Shown here piece after piece: positions 4,762 to 7,883 of a stretch of DNA of 7,883 nt; the first letter of the stretch is position 1; each line of letters starts with the position of its first letter. The notes under the pieces are model-generated. The model was not told the DNA's origin. It saw nothing but the letters and a program-made list of their open reading frames with translations, and did no database searches. The position numbers and the translations under genes were made by a program. Source of the DNA: an archaeon (lineage in GTDB: Archaea; Iainarchaeota; Iainarchaeia; Iainarchaeales; CSSED10-239); contig JBAWVI010000044.1 in assembly GCA_037147375.1 (NCBI GenBank), positions 1 through 7,883 on the forward strand. The letters run 5' to 3'.

Positions 4762-5607
4762 ATGGATACAGAATATTTTAAAATAAGACTTGAATCCTTA
4801 TATAATTATACTGTGAAGAATCAGAAGCAATCTCAACTTGGCATGAATTTTTTCATGTCTCACCCTAGATCTAATTTTTATGATTCAATTTCTGAAAAAG
4901 ATAAAGATAAGATAATAACAACAGTTACTAGTTTTAAATTAAGTAAAGATTTACCAAAGCTTCAACAATTTTTTGTTGCAGTAAGTTTTTATTCAAGATT
5001 AAATCTTATTAATCCAGAATACATGAGAAGACAACCATTAATTCATGAAGTTGAAAGAATAAAATCAGGTTTATTTACATCAAAGGCATTTTCTAATCTT
5101 GAAGGTGATTGGTGCAGAAAAACATATGGTGGTTTCTTAAGATCTTTAAAACAAGATACGTTGCAGATTGTAAATGTTGATGTAGAAGGTAAAATGAAAC
5201 CTATGCTATTGAAATCAAATGCTGGTGATTCATTGATTTTTGAGGGTGGTGTTCTAAGTGGATACCATACACTTTTAATGGATCCAAAAACATTAGATAT
5301 TTATTCATTTACAACTTCAGATAATGGTAAGATAATTCTTGAAAGAGGAGTAAGTTTAAGTTTATTAATAAAAGATCATCCAATGTATAAACAAAGATTT
5401 AAAGATATATTAGTAGAAATTAAAAAAGAGCTTCCAAGCTATATAAGATCAAAAAAGAAAAACTATTTAGTACACTATGAAAATAAATTTAAAAAGCAAC
5501 CAGAAAAGCAAGAACTTGTTAAGAAAAGAATAAACAAAATCTTCTCAGAAAAGAACATAAATTCGTTCACAAGATCATTTGGAAGAAGCAAATCCAGAGC
5601 CAAATAA
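4762..5607 (+). CDS. Hypothetical protein, 281 aa, no family recognised; basic C-terminal tail
   Basis: The ORF track begins it at TTG 4750, but I prefer the first ATG at 4762 (MDTEYFKIRL...). It is a long ORF with coding-like composition. The C-terminus is lysine-rich (SKKKNYLVHYENKFKKQPEKQELVKKRINK...GRSKSRAK). No catalytic signature could be confirmed. Confidence 0.75.
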   Translation: MDTEYFKIRLESLYNYTVKNQKQSQLGMNFFMSHPRSNFYDSISEKDKDKIITTVTSFKLSKDLPKLQQFFVAVSFYSRLNLINPEYMRRQPLIHEVERIKSGLFTSKAFSNLEGDWCRKTYGGFLRSLKQDTLQIVNVDVEGKMKPMLLKSNAGDSLIFEGGVLSGYHTLLMDPKTLDIYSFTTSDNGKIILERGVSLSLLIKDHPMYKQRFKDILVEIKKELPSYIRSKKKNYLVHYENKFKKQPEKQELVKKRINKIFSEKNINSFTRSFGRSKSRAK

Positions 5608-5664
5608 TACCTTATTTTCACCTTAAAAATCCACTCAAAGATAACCTTTTTAAACTCTTTATTG

Positions 5665-5727
5665 CCTATATATATTATAGTCCTATAACTAATTTTTATT
5701 AGATAATTTATAAAAAAGAAGAGGGGT
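5665..5727 (+). promoter_or_regulatory. Candidate TATA box (5665-5677) and SD-like GAGGGGT (5721-5727) for the 5736 ORF
   Basis: cctatatatatta is a strong TATA-like box about 60-70 nt upstream of the ATG. gaggggt lies 8 nt upstream of ATG 5736 and resembles GGAGGTGA. Confidence 0.4.
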
Positions 5728-5735
5728 AATTCTTT

Positions 5736-6149
5736 ATGAAAAATGTTGAAAAAGTTGAAGAAACAAAGATTGAAACACCAGTTGAAGAAATTGTTCTTGA
5801 AGAAAATGATGATGCACTTCTTGAAGCAGAGGATGATAAATTACCATTCCCTAATGCAAGAGTTGTAAACTTAATGAGAAAGAGTCTTGATCCCCACAAA
5901 CAAATTAAATCAGTTGTTAAAAAGGAAATGAATCTTTTCCTTGGAAGAATGGTTGAAACCATTTGTAAGAAAATGAATGAGTTTGATTATAGTTATGTTG
6001 ATTATGGAATGTTCAAGCAAGCAACTGAAACATTTGAAAACATAAGAACAATTGAGCTTGAAAAAATAAGAATCATAAAATCTCTTGAAAGAATCAAAGC
6101 AGATTGTGATGTCTTAGTTAATGATGTTGAAAGAAAATTCCATGAATAA
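5736..6149 (+). CDS. Divergent histone-fold (archaeal histone / NF-Y / NC2-like) protein with acidic N-terminal tail and C-terminal helical extension, 137 aa
   Basis: Residues about 36-99, LPFPNARVVNLMRKSLDPHKQIKSVVKKEMNLFLGRMVETICKKMNEFDYSYVDYGMFKQATE, fit an alpha1-L1-alpha2-L2-alpha3 histone-fold pattern. PFPNARVV resembles the P-I-A-P-I-G-R-I-I of archaeal histones and the LP(L/F)AR(I/V)K of NF-YC/NC2alpha/POLE4-type proteins. A long amphipathic alpha2 carries LF...VE.I.K. Residues 1-35 hold 14 D/E by hand count. Residues about 100-137 (NIRTIELEKIRIIKSLERIKADCDVLVNDVERKFHE) look like an added amphipathic helix. The ORF is well supported (SD, composition). The family assignment is by-eye homology only. 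Confidence 0.6.
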   Translation: MKNVEKVEETKIETPVEEIVLEENDDALLEAEDDKLPFPNARVVNLMRKSLDPHKQIKSVVKKEMNLFLGRMVETICKKMNEFDYSYVDYGMFKQATETFENIRTIELEKIRIIKSLERIKADCDVLVNDVERKFHE

Positions 6150-6155
6150 AATGGA

Positions 6156-6176
6156 TTTCTTTTCTTTTTTATTTTT
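6156..6176 (+). terminator. Oligo-T terminator tract after the histone-fold gene
   Basis: tttcttttcttttttattttt starts 7 nt after the TAA at 6147-6149 and contains T6 and T5 runs typical of archaeal termination signals. Confidence 0.45.
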
Positions 6177-6212
6177 AAATTTAAATAAATATTTCCAAAC
6201 AAATTTTGGAGG
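6176..6212 (+). promoter_or_regulatory. Candidate TATA box and strong SD (GGAGG 6208-6212) for the thermosome gene
   Basis: The A/T box taaatttaaataaatattt (about 6176-6194) lies upstream of GGAGG at 6208-6212, which sits 8 nt before ATG 6221. Confidence 0.5.
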
Positions 6213-6220
6213 AATAAATT

Positions 6221-7846
6221 ATGAGTGATAATATTAATTCTAAAAATGGTTTCTTACCTGAAGGTTCAAAGAGAGATAAAGGACGTGATGCCCAAAGAAT
6301 GAATATCATGGTTGCAAAGGCTGTTGCTAATTCTATTAAATCAACTCTTGGTCCAAGAGGAATGGATAAGATGCTTGTTGATGAGCTTGGAGACACAACT
6401 ATCTCAAATGATGGAGCAACTATTCTTAAAGAAATGTCAATTGAACATCCAATAGGAAGAATGCTTGTTGAGCTTGCAAAAACACAAGACAATGAAGTTG
6501 GAGATGGAACAACATCAGCTGTAATAATTGCAGGTGAACTTGTTTCAAAAGCTGAAAACTTACTTGATGAAAACATTCATCCATCAATAATTGTTAAAGG
6601 TTATAAGCTTGCAACAGAAAAAGCAGTTAAATTCTTTACTGAGGTTTCAGAACCAATTTCAATTAAGGATAAACCACTTCTTTTAGATATTGCAAAAACA
6701 TCAATGACTGGTAAAGCATCTGAGTACAGTAATACATTATCAGAAATTGTTGTTGATGGTGTTTTAAAAATTTATAAAAAAGAAGATTTAGATAAAGAAG
6801 CAATCAAGATAGAAAAAAGAGTTGGTGGCTTATTATCAGACACTACATTAATTGATGGAATTGTTTTAGATAAAGAAATAGTTCATCCTGAAATGCCAAA
6901 AGATTTAAAATCAATTAAGATTGCATTAATTAATTCTGCTCTTGAAATTAAAGAACCAGAAACAGATGCTAAGATTGAGATTGAAACCCCTGAACAACTT
7001 CAATCATTTATTGATCAAGAAGAAGCAACCTTAAAGAAGATGGTAACAGACATCTCAAGCACAGGAGCAAATGTTGTTATTTGTCAAAAAGGAATTGATG
7101 ATCTTGCATCTCATTATCTTGCAAAGAAAGGAATAATTGCAATAAGAAGAGTTAAACAATCAGATATTGAGAGAATTGCAAAATCAACTGGAGCAAAGAT
7201 AGTAAATAGAATAAAAGATATTGCAAAACAAGATCTAGGAACTGCAAATCACATTTTTGAAAAAAAGATTGCAGGAGAACCAATGATTTTTATTGAAGGA
7301 ACAAAAAATCATGGGGTTTCAACAATACTTTTAAGAGGAACAAGTGATCAGGTTCTTGCTGAAACTGAAAGAACTTTAACTGATGCAATTGGTGCAGTTA
7401 TCTCAACATTAAGAGATTGCAAGTATGTTGCAGCTGGTGGTTCATCAGAAGTTGAGGTTGCATTGAAATTAAGAGAATTTGCAAAAACAATTGGTGGACG
7501 TGAGCAACTTGCAATTGAATCATATGCTGATGTTCTTGAAGTTATTCCAAAAATCCTTGCAGAGAGTGCAGGAATGGACGCAATAGACACAATTGTTTCA
7601 CTTAGAAACAAGCACCATGAGAAAGGTGGAAAGTTTATAGGTGTTGATGTAATCAATTCAAGAATCTTTGATATGAAAAAGCTTAATGTAATTGAACCTC
7701 TTTCAGTTAAAACACAAGCAATCACATCAGCTTGCGAGGTCGTTGAAATGATTTTAAGAATTGATGATATAATTGCTGCATCCTCAAAGAATAAGGGCAT
7801 GGGAATGATGCCGCCAGGAATGCAAGGCGGAATGGATATGGAATAA
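6221..7846 (+). CDS. ths: Thermosome subunit (group II chaperonin, Cpn60/TCP-1 family)
   Basis: 541-aa ORF. Features seen are [32 protein letters not shown], the ATP-binding GDGTTS motif, [10 protein letters not shown], and the C-terminal Gly/Met tail [16 protein letters not shown] typical of archaeal thermosomes. Confidence 0.95.
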   Translation: MSDNINSKNGFLPEGSKRDKGRDAQRMNIMVAKAVANSIKSTLGPRGMDKMLVDELGDTTISNDGATILKEMSIEHPIGRMLVELAKTQDNEVGDGTTSAVIIAGELVSKAENLLDENIHPSIIVKGYKLATEKAVKFFTEVSEPISIKDKPLLLDIAKTSMTGKASEYSNTLSEIVVDGVLKIYKKEDLDKEAIKIEKRVGGLLSDTTLIDGIVLDKEIVHPEMPKDLKSIKIALINSALEIKEPETDAKIEIETPEQLQSFIDQEEATLKKMVTDISSTGANVVICQKGIDDLASHYLAKKGIIAIRRVKQSDIERIAKSTGAKIVNRIKDIAKQDLGTANHIFEKKIAGEPMIFIEGTKNHGVSTILLRGTSDQVLAETERTLTDAIGAVISTLRDCKYVAAGGSSEVEVALKLREFAKTIGGREQLAIESYADVLEVIPKILAESAGMDAIDTIVSLRNKHHEKGGKFIGVDVINSRIFDMKKLNVIEPLSVKTQAITSACEVVEMILRIDDIIAASSKNKGMGMMPPGMQGGMDME

Positions 7847-7874
7847 CAATTTATTCCATAATCTCTAATTTTTT
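7838..7874 (+). terminator. Perfect 9-bp hairpin spanning the thermosome stop codon, followed by a T6 run
   Basis: atggaataa (7838-7846, including the TAA stop) and ttattccat (7851-7859) are exact reverse complements around the loop caat. tttttt at 7869-7874 follows. Confidence 0.4.
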
Positions 7875-7883
7875 AAAGGTTTA

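Noticed and set aside
5200-5290. 2OG/Fe(II) oxygenase (double-stranded beta-helix) assignment for the 281-aa orphan, based on NAGDSLIFEGG...H
   Set aside because: The obligatory upstream HxD/E metal dyad is not identifiable. H34 is followed by P-R and H95 by E-V. The resemblance is too short to support a call.
5708-5962. 84-aa ORF antisense to the histone-fold gene
   Set aside because: It overlaps the SD and start of the better-supported + strand ORF, and its Ser/Phe/Leu-rich sequence fits an antisense artefact.
4326-6149. Integrated mobile element or provirus inserted at the tRNA-Ile 3' end
   Set aside because: I see no integrase, recombinase or other mobile-element gene. I could find no direct repeat of the tRNA 3' half downstream; only a chance 8-mer, ccattccc at about 5846, matches. 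Base composition does not shift relative to the flanking housekeeping genes.
6002-6202. 66-aa ORF antisense across the histone-fold gene 3' end and the intergenic region
   Set aside because: It spans a terminator/promoter A/T tract and is a shadow of the + strand gene. It has no motif.
6181-6576. 131-aa ORF antisense to the thermosome 5' region
   Set aside because: It lies inside the unambiguous thermosome CDS and has Ser-rich antisense composition.
7348-7800. 150-aa ORF antisense to the thermosome 3' region
   Set aside because: Same reasoning: it is a shadow frame of a highly conserved gene.
1-7883. CRISPR arrays, tandem repeats, IS elements, toxin-antitoxin or known defence genes
   Set aside because: Reading both strands, I found no regularly spaced direct repeats, no terminal inverted repeats flanking an ORF, and no recognisable nuclease, transposase or defence signatures. 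Apparent repeats are low-complexity A/T tracts.

Overview
This is a visibly AT-rich (roughly 30% GC by eye) archaeal chromosomal fragment. The left flank, all on the + strand, holds the 3' end of gatD, a complete gatE, and a tightly coupled HIT-family hydrolase. The right flank holds a complete group II chaperonin (thermosome) with its GGM-type tail.

Between them (about 3.0-6.15 kb) is a block with no recognisable housekeeping function:
- a 168-aa orphan (+);
- three tiny lysine-rich ORFs packed on the - strand in three different frames; the first carries a CX2C-X14-HX2C zinc motif;
- a divergently transcribed tRNA pair, tRNA-Gln(UUG) on - and tRNA-Ile(GAU) on +;
- a compact GC-rich element with two interleaved perfect stems abutting the tRNA-Ile 3' end;
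- a 77-aa hyper-acidic ORF;
- a 285-aa orphan;
- a 137-aa protein whose core reads as a divergent histone fold, flanked by an acidic N-terminal tail and a helical C-terminal extension.

I see no CRISPR array, transposase, integrase or known defence gene. GatDE plus a thermosome shows the lineage is archaeal. The low GC and the many tiny orphan genes would fit a small-genome (DPANN-like) or Methanobacteriales-like organism, but I cannot decide from sequence alone. The most interesting items are the tailed histone-fold gene, the cluster of oppositely charged small proteins around the tRNAs, and the tRNA-Ile trailer structure. All functional interpretations of the orphan block are hypotheses.
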